A stretch of DNA of 63,993 nt, filler included, from Vicugna vicugna (GCA_013265495.1; 73 parts of 73 records of this genome joined end to end with filler, not necessarily neighbours in it); one strand, 5' to 3'; numbered from the whole stretch's first letter, positions 49,160-62,260 are shown. Numbers and translations: made by a program. Notes: generated by a model from the letters alone, not told the origin.

Positions 49160-50073
49160 TGGTTCCGGAACCCTGAGCGTGGGGAGGTTCCAACAACAGT
49201 CGTCCGCACGTGGGTTCCAACGGAACGCCTGAGCTGGTTTCCCCTGAGGGTTTTCCTAATTTCTCTGTGCCAGGGAATGCTAGGGGGGTTTGCAGGAAAT
49301 CCCAGTGACAGAGGCTGCCTCCCCAAGTTCAGGGAAGATTTTTCTCGGACTTCCCCTGACAGGGAACTCCTGTGAATTAAGAGAGCTGAGTGGAGCTGTC
49401 TCTCGAGGTCCCCCACGCACTGACAATGTTTCCGGAACACTGAGCGTGGGGAGGTTCCACCAACGGTCGGCAGCGCGTGGGTTCCAACGGAATGCCTGAG
49501 CTGGTCTCCCCTGATGGTTTTCCTAAAATCTCTGTGCCAGGGAATTCTAGGATGTTTTGCAGGAAATCCCAGTGTAAGAGGCTGCCAGCAAGGTCAGGGA
49601 ATGTATATCTCGGACGTCCCCGGACAGGGAAATCCTGTGACTGAAGAGAGCTGCGTGGAGCTGTCTCTCGAGCTCCCCCACGCACTGACAATTGTTCCGG
49701 AACCCAGAGCGTGGGGAGGTTCCACCAACGGTCGGCAGCGCGTGGGTTCCAACGGAATGCCTGAGCTGGTCTCCCCTGAGGGTGTTCCTAATGTCTCTGT
49801 GCCAGGGAATGCTAGGGGGTTTTGCAGGAAATCCCAGTGTAAGAGGCTGCCTCCGCAAGGTCAGGGAATGTATATCTCGGACGTCCCCGGACAGGGAAAT
49901 CCTGTGACTGCAGAGAGCTGCGTGGAGCTGTCTCTCGAGCTCGCCCACGCACTGACAATGGTTCCGGAACCCTGATCGTGGGGAGGTTTCACCAACGGTC
50001 GGCAGCGCGTGGGTCCCAACGGAATACAGGAGCTGGTCTCCCCTGAGGGTTTTCCTAATGTCTCTGTGCCAGG
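49160..50073 (-). repeat. 267-bp satellite A (distinct subfamily)
   Basis: Reverse-complement monomers with shared variants (gttggaaccc, tccggggacgtcc, gagacagctcc). Confidence 0.95.
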
Positions 50074-50173
50074 NNNNNNNNNNNNNNNNNNNNNNNNNNN
50101 NNNNNNNNNNNNNNNNNTTAATTAATTAANNNNNNNNNNNNNNNNNNNNNNNNNNNNNNNNNNNNNNNNNNNN

Positions 50174-50733
50174 ATCTGTTAGGTGGAAATCGCTCCAGAA
50201 AAAATTTTCTGTGAAAAACGCATGAATTAGAACTTGGTGTTAGGGAAATCTTTTGAAAATGTGTACACTTGTCTACATGATATTCCTTTTATAAAGGATG
50301 AAAGATTATTAATCCACATGCTCTCAACTCAGGAATGCATGTTTGTCAAATCAGTCATGTATGTAACATGTAATGAACACGGAATATCATGTAGATGGAA
50401 TCTATTCAAATTACATATCTCTAGGGTAGAATTCAAGGGTAGAATTCGCTCCAATAGGATTTTTCTGGGATCAAAGTGTGATTTTTGAAACTGGTGATAG
50501 GAAAAAGTATGAAGTCAAAGTAAATGTTTCAGAGTGCATAGGTAATTTCTTTGTTGTTTGAAACATCAGTCATGCGTATGTTCACAACTCAGAAATGCAT
50601 GTTTGATGAATTCCTGATGCATGATTAATGGTCGTAATACGTAATTACATGGTTATGTAAACAATGTAAAGTACATGTGTATGGTGAGAATTCGTTCAAA
50701 GAGTGTTTTCTTGTGCCAAATGTCCGATTTTAG
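50174..50733 (+). repeat. Satellite C (739-bp trimer)
   Basis: Colinear with about 4940-5490. Confidence 0.92.
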
Positions 50734-51912
50734 NNNNNNNNNNNNNNNNNNNNNNNNNNNNNNNNNNNNNNNNNNNNTTAATTAATTAANNNNNNNNNNN
50801 NNNNNNNNNNNNNNNNNNNNNNNNNNNNNNNNNGAAGAGACAGTAAATGTAATATTTATCAGTCATATCAGTTGTCTTTGACCGATCAAAGGAAATGCAA
50901 TTACTAGTTGACTGAAAAGCAGAGTTTCGCCCTGGTTCCGTAAGAGTGCAGCCTGAAAGAAGGAAACCATCTAAGCCTGAATCCAGTCAGAGCTCATTAA
51001 TTTTGTGACAACAGATCTGTTTATTTTGAAGCCAGAGAAAATGAAAATATTAACACAGGGATACAAATAGGCATTTGCAAAAGAATTAATTATCTCAGAA
51101 AAGAATAAGGGCGATTTAGCGATTAGGCCTCCCTAGAAACTTTATAAAAAAACCACTGAAATGAACTTGGTGTTCACTTTACTTCTATAGTGTAAGTAGT
51201 TACACAGAATTAACAACCAAAGACCCCCTCAGAAAGTGGGGAGGGGCTTTGCAAAAAGATTCTTCAGTTGATGATCCAGTGCGTCAGAAATCATTTAAGC
51301 ATTTAATCTGGCCCTCTGTATTTGGTTATCTAATTTAGCTTCCTGGGACAGAGTCAATGGAGGGAGGGGTTGAGATGCATCGATCATCCCTACTTTGAGA
51401 CAGGAATCCCAGTAGACCTATTAATTACACAGAACTAGGGGGCAAGATTCTCTAAAAGGGGGAAAAAGTCATAGCAAGCAAAGTAAGCAGAAGGGCAGAG
51501 GGCTCAGTCAGACATGGGAGTCACCCAGTTGGTAACGGAACAATCAGGGAATTAGACAAATGAGGCAATACACAGAGGAGACTAAAGGGGAGATGGAAGC
51601 AAGGATAAACAGTATTTCAAGACTCATTTCCCTAACTCATCTCATATTTCTCTGTTCTTTTCCTCTGATTGGGATTTTTGGCATGGTTGACTGAGCCAAG
51701 GACATATCTCTAAGGCAGCAGAATAACTTCCAGAACATGGAATTTGAGAAGGAGCTGCTGTGATTTCAAAAGGGCCTATGGGGAGAGTGGGTGGATGGCC
51801 TAAATCACCATCNNNNNNNNNNNNNNNNNNNNNNNNNNNNNNNNNNNNNNNNNNNNTTAATTAATTAANNNNNNNNNNNNNNNNNNNNNNNNNNNNNNNN
51901 NNNNNNNNNNNN

Positions 51913-53002
51913 CTCTCTTCAGTCACAGGTGTTCCCTGTTCTAGGAAGTCCGGGAAACACTTTCCCTGAACTTGGGGAGGCAGTCTCGGTCACTGGGATA
52001 TTGTGCAATCACCCGTAGCATTCCCTGGCACAGAGATATTAGGAAAAACCTCAGGGGAGACGAGCTTAGGCATTCCGTTAGAACCCACGCGCTGCCGACC
52101 GTTGGTGGAACCTCCCCACGCTCAGGATNNNNNNNNNNNNNNNNNNNNNNNNNNNNNNNNNNNNNNNNNNNNNNNNNNNNNNNNNNNNNNNNNNNNNNNN
52201 NNNNNNNNNNNNNNNNNNNNNNNNNNNNNNNNNNNNNNNNNNNNNNNNNNACACTGGGATGCAATCACCCCTAGCATTCCCTGGCACAGAGACATAAGGA
52301 AAACCATTAGGGGAGCCGAGCTCAGGTATTCCGTTAGAACCCACGCGCTGCCGACCGTTGGTGGAACCTCCCCACGCTCAGGATTCCGGAACCATCGTAA
52401 GTGCGTGGGGGAGCTCGAGGGAAAACTCCACGCAGCTCTGTTCAGTCACATGTGTTCCCTGTTCGGGGAAGTCCGGGAAATAACTTCCCTGAACTTGGGG
52501 AGGCAGCCTCGGTCACTGGGATATCCTGCAATCACCCCTAGCATTCCCTGGCACAGAGACATAAGGAAAACCATTAGGGGAGCCGAGCTCAGGTATTCCG
52601 TTAGAACCCACGCGCTGCCGACCGTTGGTGGAACCTCCCCACGCTCAGGATTCCGGAACCATCGTAAGTGCGTGGGGGAGCTCGAGGGAAAACTCCACGC
52701 AGCTCTGTTCAGTCACATGTGTTCCCTGTTCGGGGAAGTCCGGGAAATAACTTCCCTGAACTTGGGGAGGCAGCCTCGGTCACTGGGATATCCTGCAATC
52801 ACCCCTAGCATTCCCTGGCACAGAGACATAAGGAAAACCATTAGGGGAGCCGAGCTCAGGTATTCCGTTAGAACCCACGCGCTGCCGACCGTTGGTGGAA
52901 CCTCCCCACGCTCAGGATTCCGGAACCATCGTAAGTGCGTGGGGGAGCTCGAGGGAAAACTCCACGCAGCTCTGTTCAGTCACATGTGTTCCCTGTTCGG
53001 GG
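51913..53002 (+). repeat. 267-bp satellite A, including about 2.8 apparently identical monomers
   Basis: 52261-53002 repeats with period 267 and no visible mismatch. Confidence 0.96.
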
Positions 53003-54123
53003 NNNNNNNNNNNNNNNNNNNNNNNNNNNNNNNNNNNNNNNNNNNNTTAATTAATTAANNNNNNNNNNNNNNNNNNNNNNNNNNNNNNNNNNNNNNNNNN
53101 NNCCTGAGATCTTGTTTGTTGGCTTGTGGTCTCATGGTGTCAAAATCGTATGTTCAGATGAATACTATTAAAATCATATGCTGCGGAAAACGTACCTTTC
53201 CTGCTTCAAAAAATGACTGAAACATTTAGCTTTGTTTATTCCCATAGAATTTGGATTGAATCTATTCTCGACTTTCTTCTTCCTTCAAACCAGTTTTTTA
53301 CTGGAGGGTTTAAAGCCCAAAATATAGAATTTTGGAGAAGAATCATGTAATTCATATTAGCTTTACATCCGAATTTAGGACTGACCCATATTTATACTTT
53401 TAATGAAGGAACACAATAAACTTTGTTAGTCAATCATTTATGGCGTTTTTAGCTTTGTCCATGTAATCTTTTGGAAGTTGAGAGGCTTAGATGCTTGATC
53501 TAACAAAACAGGTATCATCGCTTGACTCTGTGAATGAAAGAATCCCAGTATAGTTTCCTGCAAGTATATTTTATTAAAAATAATAAAGAATTCTTGCTCT
53601 CCAATAAAGCAACAGGCAGAAGCACATACTGAGTGTTTAAAATACATCAGATTATGGGTTAACTTCTCTAAAGAAGTCAAGATAGTATAGAGAAAAAAGT
53701 ATGAACTTGAAGGAAAATACATATTGTGCTATTAATATCCTATTTTTTAGAAGCAAATGAAAAAATAACCCAATAATTTATCATTTATCAACAAAAGAGT
53801 TATATAAAGAAAACTTATTTTCATAAGAGTTACATAAACAAAAGGGCTATCTAAATCTACATTATTAAAGATTAAATTATACCAAATAGATCTCCAAATA
53901 CCAAATAGAATTGAAAGCTTGATTGATTTTCATGATATATATAATTTTTGAAAATATAACTTACATATAACATATACTAGCAGCTCTTCAGTTATCCACA
54001 GGACCCTAGGCTACAGTTATTCTNNNNNNNNNNNNNNNNNNNNNNNNNNNNNNNNNNNNNNNNNNNNTTAATTAATTAANNNNNNNNNNNNNNNNNNNNN
54101 NNNNNNNNNNNNNNNNNNNNNNN

Positions 54124-54920
54124 GCACAGTGACATTAGGAAAACCCTCAGGGGAGGCGAGCTTAGGCAGTCCCATTGAACCCACGCGCAGACGACAGTTG
54201 GTGGAACCTCAACACGCTCAGGATTCCGGAACCATTGTCAGTGCGTGGGGGAGCTCGAGGGTCAACTCCACGCAGCTCTCTTCAGTCACAGGAGTTCCCA
54301 GTTCGGGAAAGTACGAGAAATAGCTTCCCTGACTTTGGGGAGGCAGCCTCGGACACTGGGATATCCTGCAATCAGCCCTAGCATTCCCTGGCACAGAGAC
54401 ATTTGGAAAATCCTCAGGGGAGACGAGCTTAGGCATTCCGTTAGAACCCACGCGCTGCCGACAGTTGGTGGAACCTCCGCGCGCTGAAGATTCCGGAACT
54501 ATTGTCAGTGCGTGGGGGAGCTCGGGAGAGAACTCCACGCAGCTCTCTTCAGTCACAGGTGTTCCCTGTTCGGGGAATTCCGAGAGATACATTCCCTGAC
54601 CTTGGGGAGGCAGCCTCGGTCACTGGGAATTCCTGCAAAACACCCCTAGCATTCCCTGGCACAGAGACATTAGGAAAACCCTCAGGGGAGACGAGCTCAG
54701 GAATCCCGTTAGAACCCACCTGCTACCGACCGTTGGTGGAACCTCCCCACGCTCCGAATTCCGGAAAAATTGTCAGTGCGTGGGGGAGCTCGAGAGACAA
54801 CTCCACGCACCTCTCTTCAGTCACAGGTGTTCCCTGTTCGGGGAAGTCCGAAAAATACCTTCCCTGATCAATCTTTCACTGGGATTTCCTGCAAACCACC
54901 CCTTGCATTCCCTGGCACAG
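54124..54920 (+). repeat. 267-bp satellite A, three monomers
   Basis: Monomer motifs; the last monomer has a short deletion near 54868. Confidence 0.95.
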
Positions 54921-55020
54921 NNNNNNNNNNNNNNNNNNNNNNNNNNNNNNNNNNNNNNNNNNNNTTAATTAATTAANNNNNNNNNNNNNNNNNNNNNNNN
55001 NNNNNNNNNNNNNNNNNNNN

Positions 55021-55893
55021 CGTGGAGTTTTCTCTCGAGCTCCCCCAAGCATTGACAATGGTTCCAGAATCCTGAGAGTTGGGAGGTTCCACGAAAGGTC
55101 GGCAGCGCTTTGGTTTTAACGGAATGCCTAAGATATTCTCCCCTGAGGGTTTTCCTAATATCTCTGTGCCAGGGAATGCTAGGGGGGTTTGCAGGATATC
55201 CCAGTGACAGAGGCTGCCTCCCCAAGATCAGGGAAGGTATTTCTCGGACTTCCCCGAANNNNNNNNNNNNNNNNNNNNNNNNNNNNNNNNNNNNNNNNNN
55301 NNNNNNNNNNNNNNNNNNNNNNNNNNNNNNNNNNNNNNNNNNNNNNNNNNNNNNNNNNNNNNNNNNNNNNNNNNNNNNNNNNNNNNNNNNNNNNNNNNNN
55401 NNNNNNNNNNNNNNNNNNNNNNNNNNNNNNNNNNNNNNNNNNNNNNNNNNNNNNNNNNNNNNNNNNNNNNNNNNNNNNNNNNNNNNNNNNNNNNNNNNNN
55501 NNNNNNNNNNNNNNNNNNNNNNNNNNNNNNNNNNNNNNNNNNNNNNNNNNNNNNNNNNNNNNNNNNNNNNNNNNNNNNNNNNNNNNNNNNNNNNNNNNNN
55601 NNNNNNNNNNNNNNNNNNNNNNNNNNNNNNNNNNNNNNNNNNNNNNNNNNNNNNNNNNNNNNNNNNNNNNNNNNNNNNNNNNNNNNNNNNNNNNNNNNNN
55701 NNNNNNNNNNNNNNNNNNNNNNNNNNNNNNNNNNNNNNNNNNNNNNNNNNNNNAAGATATTTCTTGGACTTCCTCGAACAGGGAACACATGTGTCTGAAA
55801 AGAGCTGCGTGGACTTGTCTCTCGTGCTCCCCCATGCACTGACAATGTTTCTGGATTCCTGAGCGTGTGGAGGTTCCACCAACGGTCGGCAGC
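55021..55893 (-). repeat. 267-bp satellite A
   Basis: Reverse-complement monomer motifs. Confidence 0.94.
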
Positions 55894-55993
55894 NNNNNNN
55901 NNNNNNNNNNNNNNNNNNNNNNNNNNNNNNNNNNNNNTTAATTAATTAANNNNNNNNNNNNNNNNNNNNNNNNNNNNNNNNNNNNNNNNNNNN

Positions 55994-56736
55994 ACTGGTA
56001 TGAGTTCTTTGTATGTTTGGTAGAATTCCCCAGTGAAGTCTTCCGGTTCTGGACTTTAATTTGTAAGGAGGTTTTTTATTGCTAATTCAATTTCATTTCT
56101 AGTGATCGGTTTGTTCAAGTGGTCAGTTTCTTCTTGGTTCAGTCTTGGTGGACTGTATGTTTCCAGAAATTTGCTCATCTCCTCTAGGTTATCCATTTTG
56201 GTTCCATACCATAAAAAAAAAATCATAATATTCTCGTATAATATTCTGTATTTCTATTTTGTTTGTTGTAATTTCTCCATTTTCCTTTCTTATTTTGCTG
56301 ATTTGTGCCCTCTCTTTTTTCTTCTTTGTGAGTTTGGCCAGAGGTTTGTCGATTTTATTTACTTTTCCGAAAAACCAGCTTTTGGTTTGACTGATTTTTT
56401 TCTATGGTTTTTTAATCTCTGCTTTATTTATTTCCTCCCTGATCTTTATTATTTCCTTCCTTCTGTTGACTTTTGGGTGTTTTGGCTCTTCTTTTTCTAG
56501 TTCTTTTTTCTGGTGGTTTAAATTGTTTATTTGAGATTGTTCTTCTTTTATGAGGAAGGCCATTGTTCTTCTTTTTTGAGGAAGGCCTGTATTGCTATAA
56601 CCTTCCTCTTAGCAGTGCCTTTGCTGTGTCCCATGAATTTTGTGTGGTTGTGTTTTCATTTGTCTCAACGTATTTTTTAATTTCAACTTTAATTTCATCA
56701 TTGACCCATTGGTTTTTTAATAGCATGTTGTTTAAT
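55994..56736 (-). mobile_element. LINE-1 ORF2 fragment (end of endonuclease to linker), disrupted
   Basis: Minus strand reads LNNMLLKNQWVNDEIKVEIKKYVETNENTTTQNSWDTAKALLRG, and later FTGEFYQTYKELIP; frameshifts are present. Confidence 0.9.
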
Positions 56737-56836
56737 NNNNNNNNNNNNNNNNNNNNNNNNNNNNNNNNNNNNNNNNNNNNTTAATTAATTAANNNNNNNN
56801 NNNNNNNNNNNNNNNNNNNNNNNNNNNNNNNNNNNN

Positions 56837-58259
56837 ATGAATATAGAATACAGTACACAAAACACAGTATTTACTACATGATATTCAGAACACAGGATTT
56901 AGAATATAGGATTCAGAATACATAATACAGAATGTAGCATACAGAATGCAGAACACCGACTATAGAATATAGAATACAGAATGCAGAACACAGAATTTAG
57001 ATCATGGAATCCATAATACAGAGTTTCTAATTNNNNNNNNNNNNNNNNNNNNNNNNNNNNNNNNNNNNNNNNNNNNNNNNNNNNNNNNNNNNNNNNNNNN
57101 NNNNNNNNNNNNNNNNNNNNNNNNNNNNNNNNNNNNNNNNNNNNNNNNNNNNNNNNNNNNNNNNNNNNNNNNNNNNNNNNNNNNNNNNNNNNNNNNNNNN
57201 NNNNNNNNNNNNNNNNNNNNNNNNNNNNNNNNNNNNNNNNNNNNNNNNNNNNNNNNNNNNNNNNNNNNNNNNNNNNNNNNNNNNNNNNNNNNNNNNNNNN
57301 NNNNNNNNNNNNNNNNNNNNNNNNNNNNNNNNNNNNNNNNNNNNNNNNNNNNNNNNNNNNNNNNNNNNNNNNNNNNNNNNNNNNNNNNNNNNNNNNNNNN
57401 NNNNNNNNNNNNNNNNNNNNNNNNNNNNNNNNNNNNNNNNNNNNNNNNNNNNNNNNNNNNNNNNNNNNNNNNNNNNNNNNNNNNNNNNNNNNNNNNNNNN
57501 NNNNNNNNNNNNNNNNNNNNNNNNNNNNNNNNNNNNNNNNNNNNNNNNNNNNNNNNNNNNNNNNNNNNNNNNNNNNNNNNNNNNNNNNNNNNNNNNNNNN
57601 NNNNNNNNNNNNNNNNNNNNNNNNNNNNNNNNNNNNNNNNNNNNNNNNNNNNNNNNNNNNNNNNNNNNNNNNNNNNNNNNNNNNNNNNNNNNNNNNNNNN
57701 NNNNNNNNNNNNNNNNNNNNNNNNNNNNNNNNNNNNNNNNNNNNNNNNNNNNNNNNNNNNNNNNNNNNNNNNNNNNNNNNNNNNNNNNNNNNNNNNNNNN
57801 NNNNNNNNNNNNNNNNNNNNNNNNNNNNNNNNNNNNNNNNNNNNNNNNNNNNNNNNNNNNNNNNNNNNNNNNNNNNNNNNNNNNNNNNNNNNNNNNNNNN
57901 NNNNNNNNNNNNNNNNNNNNNNNNNNNNNNNNNNNNNNNNNNNNNNNNNNNNNNNNNNNNNNNNNNNNNNNNNNNNNNNNNNNNNNNNNNNNNNNAATGT
58001 AGAATATAGATTGTCGAACACAGAATATTCAATATAGAATATAGAATACAGAACTCAGAGTTTAGAACATGGAATGTAGGACAGAAGATAGAATATAGGA
58101 TACAGAAATAGAATGTAGAATATAGAATATAGAACATAGAAAATAGAATATAGAATACAGTATTCAGAACCCAGAATTAAGAAAATGGATTGCAGAACAC
58201 AGAATATAGATTAAAGAAAAAAGAAATAGAATGTAGAATATAGAATGTAGAACACAGAA
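56837..58259 (+). repeat. AGAATAY heptamer satellite D (gapped)
   Basis: Same heptamer and landmark motif. Confidence 0.9.
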
Positions 58260-58359
58260 NNNNNNNNNNNNNNNNNNNNNNNNNNNNNNNNNNNNNNNNN
58301 NNNTTAATTAATTAANNNNNNNNNNNNNNNNNNNNNNNNNNNNNNNNNNNNNNNNNNNN

Positions 58360-58638
58360 CACTCAGGGATTACAAGCTAAGGGATTCTATTAGAACCCAG
58401 CCACATCTGTAACCTGAAATTGCCATCCCACACTCTGGATAGCAGAAAACTTCTTCATGTGTGTTCAGGTAGTGGGGATACAGAGTCCATGCTTTTTCCA
58501 ATTAGCACATGTATTCCCATATTGTGGGATTTTGGTTCATAACCTCCAAATCCCATGGAGAAGCACTCGCTAATACTTGGATTTAGAGCCCAACCCACGC
58601 TTTCTCCACACTCCGTATCAGGCAACCAAACAGGGTAG
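58360..58638 (+). repeat. Highly diverged satellite A2 monomer
   Basis: actcaggga...attagaacccag...tcccacactctgga...acagagtccatgc...cactcgctaatacttggatttagagcccaacc matches 26899-27984. Confidence 0.7.
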
Positions 58639-59241
58639 NNNNNNNNNNNNNNNNNNNNNNNNNNNNNNNNNNNNNNNNNNNNNNNNNNNNNNNNNNNNNN
58701 NNNNNNNNNNNNNNNNNNNNNNNNNNNNNNNNNNNNNNNNNNNNNNNNNNNNNNNNNNNNNNNNNNNNNNNNNNNNNNNNNNNNNNNNNNNNNNNNNNNN
58801 NNNNNNNNNNNNNNNNNNNNNNNNNNNNNNNNNNNNNNNNNNNNNNNNNNNNNNNNNNNNNNNNNNNNNNNNNNNNNNNNNNNNNNNNNNNNNNNNNNNN
58901 NNNNNNNNNNNNNNNNNNNNNNNNNNNNNNNNNNNNNNNNNNNNNNNNNNNNNNNNNNNNNNNNNNNNNNNNNNNNNNNNNNNNNNNNNNNNNNNNNNNN
59001 NNNNNNNNNNNNNNNNNNNNNNNNNNNNNNNNNNNNNNNNNNNNNNNNNNNNNNNNNNNNNNNNNNNNNNNNNNNNNNNNTGAATGGAGAGTGTTACGTT
59101 TAGGGAGAATTCCTCTAAGTACTTCCTCACTGGATCAGGGGNNNNNNNNNNNNNNNNNNNNNNNNNNNNNNNNNNNNNNNNNNNNTTAATTAATTAANNN
59201 NNNNNNNNNNNNNNNNNNNNNNNNNNNNNNNNNNNNNNNNN

Positions 59242-59651
59242 CTATTAACATCTGTATGCAGATTTGTGTGTGGAAATAAGTTTCCACTTCATCGAGTAAA
59301 CACCGAGGAACACAGTTGCCAGATCATATGTTAGGAGTACGTTTAGTTTTGTAAAAAATTGCCAGACTGTCTTCCAAAGTATCTGGGCCATTTTACATTC
59401 CCACCAACAATGCATGAGAATTCCTGATGCTCCACATCCTCACCAGCATTTGGTGCTGTCAGTGTTCTGCGTTTTGGCAGTTCTGACAGGTGTAACGCTG
59501 TTTCGCATCCCCTTTATGACACATGCTGTGGAGTATCTTTCCATAGACTTCTTTGGCATCTAGATTTCTTCTTTGATGAGGTGTGTGTTCAGGCATTTTG
59601 CTTAGATTTTAATCAAGTTATTTATCCTTCTTGTTGAGTTTAAAGAAATTT
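59242..59651 (-). mobile_element. Old L1 ORF2 C-terminal fragment
   Basis: aaattgccagactgtcttccaaagt...ccattttacattcccaccaacaatgcatgagaattcctgatgctccacatcctcaccagcatttggtg. Confidence 0.85.
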
Positions 59652-59929
59652 NNNNNNNNNNNNNNNNNNNNNNNNNNNNNNNNNNNNNNNNNNNNTTAAT
59701 TAATTAANNNNNNNNNNNNNNNNNNNNNNNNNNNNNNNNNNNNNNNNNNNNGCCCAGAGCCCTGCAGACCCCACCAGGGGCAGCCGGAGACACAGGAAGC
59801 CTGAGACGGGCTGTGAGGAAAGCGAACCCAACACTCCCCAATGGCGAAGACGACAAACATGTTTCAAACACCCACTTTCCAGCAGTGTTTGTTCTGACTT
59901 TACTAGTTTTCCAGTAATACCGTGTGAGA

Positions 59930-60245
59930 ATAGAAATAACCTGGACACAGGGATCAAATTCAAATGCTGGTTCTGACCATTCTTAGCTGCGTGATAACTG
60001 ATTAAAAGGTTAGCCGTCTGCCACGTGTAAAATGGGGGACATAGAACCGTGCTTGTGGGCTGCTGTGAGCGTAATGCAATGACACGTATAAAGGCCCTCC
60101 TGACTCTCAGATGTAATTGCTACTATTGACCCACTTGGGACACCAAGAAACAGAGGCACAGAAAGCTTCAAACACTTGCCCAAGATGAGGGTTAGGGTCA
60201 GGAATCAAGCCAGACTTTGTACATCCAGAACCCAGGATCTTCTTA
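59930..60245. mobile_element. Two MIR remnants in opposite orientation
   Basis: ttcaaatgctggttctgaccattcttagctgcgtga...gtaaaatgggg on plus; agaaacagaggcacaga...acttgcccaag...ggaatcaagccagact on minus. Confidence 0.6.
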
Positions 60246-60438
60246 CGAGCAACACGGCACTGCACAGGCTCCCTGCTGCAAAACCTGCCTCCCTTTGGCT
60301 CAGTTCCATGGCGCCTGCGCTGCACAGATGTCCTCACTGCCTGCCTGCCGGCCCGGTGTCTGACCCTGGCAGTCCTCCCTCCGTCCCACACACTGCTTCC
60401 TTGGGCATACCATCCCCAACGAGGCCATTGCTTTGGCA

Positions 60439-60683
60439 TGCAGGGGGCAGCCCAGCTTATTGCTATAGCTGCTGCTGTCAGTGGAGGCAAAGAGCTCACA
60501 GTTGGTGGAGGAGGCCATTTGTGGTCTCCTCCTTGGCTGGAGAGCTGGATGGAATCCAGTTTCCCTCTGCAACTTAGACATCCAGCATGAGAGCTATGTA
60601 AGGCCTTCTGGCCTCTTAACATAGAAATGATGCCCCCTCAATCGTACTTAACATTATAACCTCCTGGCCCCACCAGGGAGCAG
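60439..60683 (+). repeat. Dispersed repeat (LTR-like) starting TGCAGGGGGCAGCCCAGC, paralogue of 5835-6079
   Basis: Colinear inverted match to 5835-6079; the shared boundary falls at a TG dinucleotide. Confidence 0.7.
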
Positions 60684-61762
60684 NNNNNNNNNNNNNNNNN
60701 NNNNNNNNNNNNNNNNNNNNNNNNNNNTTAATTAATTAANNNNNNNNNNNNNNNNNNNNNNNNNNNNNNNNNNNNNNNNNNNNATATTTGGGCTGAATCA
60801 GCACAGAAGTGGACAGGTTCTGGCTATTGGGATGGTCTCCTTTTAAAGGGGAAACATATGGATATTTTTTAACAGAAAAGCCCAGTAGAAGAGCCAGATT
60901 TTAAAATAAAAGGGAGGGTTTTTTCCCATCAGCTACTAGGGGCAATCAGGTTGCAAGAAAGAGTGGAGAGAGGTCTGTTGTATAGGGGGTGGTTAGTTTT
61001 TCTTCTCTGAGGCTGGAGGACTAGAAGTAAAGACCATAATCTGAAGGGCCTCTATCAACCCTCTCACATTTCTTCACTTTTGCCATCGACTTTTCTACAT
61101 TGCCTTGCTTTCCCCCTGTATCCATTTCTCTTGAATCCTGTGTATTTTTCTGAATCCTTCTTGTCCATCTCTTCATATTTGTGTTGTAGTCAAGCGCTGA
61201 TCTAAATGCACACTTGCCCACTTCATCTTGGCCCTTGGTGGCACCAGCACTTTCAGGATCAAGGCCAGTGTTTTATTATGGCTTTGGCGACCCTGCAAGT
61301 TCTTTATTCCCCTTCCAGTATGTGATCTTTTCAGCTCAGCTCTTTTTCTTATTTCCTTAAAATCCAGAGATTTTTAAGGGCAAATGAGAAACACATGCCA
61401 AGCAAATGGAAAGAAGATGCTCCTTCAGTAGCACCCCCCACCCCCAAAAGAACCTGATGGGCATGCTATTTAAATTAAAGATTTTTAGATATTGTGTTTT
61501 GCACACACCCAGATTTTGGTCATGGTCTTTTTTAAATAATGGTTCTTAAAATTAATTGAGTTATTATCAAATGTGACTTATTTTGGGCCATCTTTCCTAT
61601 GTTAATAAATTCCTATTCATTTATGTCTCTCTTGCCTCTAAAGAGATCATAAGGTCCTTAGGNNNNNNNNNNNNNNNNNNNNNNNNNNNNNNNNNNNNNN
61701 NNNNNNTTAATTAATTAANNNNNNNNNNNNNNNNNNNNNNNNNNNNNNNNNNNNNNNNNNNN

Positions 61763-62160
61763 TCTTGAAAACATAAAATTTCTTTTCAGTTGGAAAAACA
61801 GTACATATATATATATGGGGACGTTCTTTCTCCAACACGGTATTACATGGAATACTGCATGAAATTCAAACCGACGCTAGGAAGCATACTTTAAAACCAG
61901 AGTAAGTGTTTGTACTGCAACCCACTAACTTTATACTAGATGAACGAACTTCTCTCCACATGCTCAGATCTGAGAAATAAGTGTGTGTGAAAGCCGTCAT
62001 TCCTGTAGCTTGTTGGGAACACTATGTTTCTTTAATATATTTGGGAGTAGTTCCAACTCGATTTTACAGTGAAAACTGCATGGACTTCAAACCGGCAGTT
62101 GAAAACATACTGACAAACCCGAGTACATGTTTCTACAACCCATTCCCTTAATGCTATGCT
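61763..62160 (+). repeat. Diverged, AT-shifted 249-bp satellite B
   Basis: gatgaacgaacttctctccacatgctcagatctgagaaataagtgtgtgtgaaagccgtc; many substitutions and a deletion near 62035. Confidence 0.85.
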
Positions 62161-62260
62161 NNNNNNNNNNNNNNNNNNNNNNNNNNNNNNNNNNNNNNNN
62201 NNNNTTAATTAATTAANNNNNNNNNNNNNNNNNNNNNNNNNNNNNNNNNNNNNNNNNNNN

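Noticed and set aside
56102..56500. 132-aa Phe-rich ORF
   Set aside because: Antisense frame of A-rich L1 ORF2.
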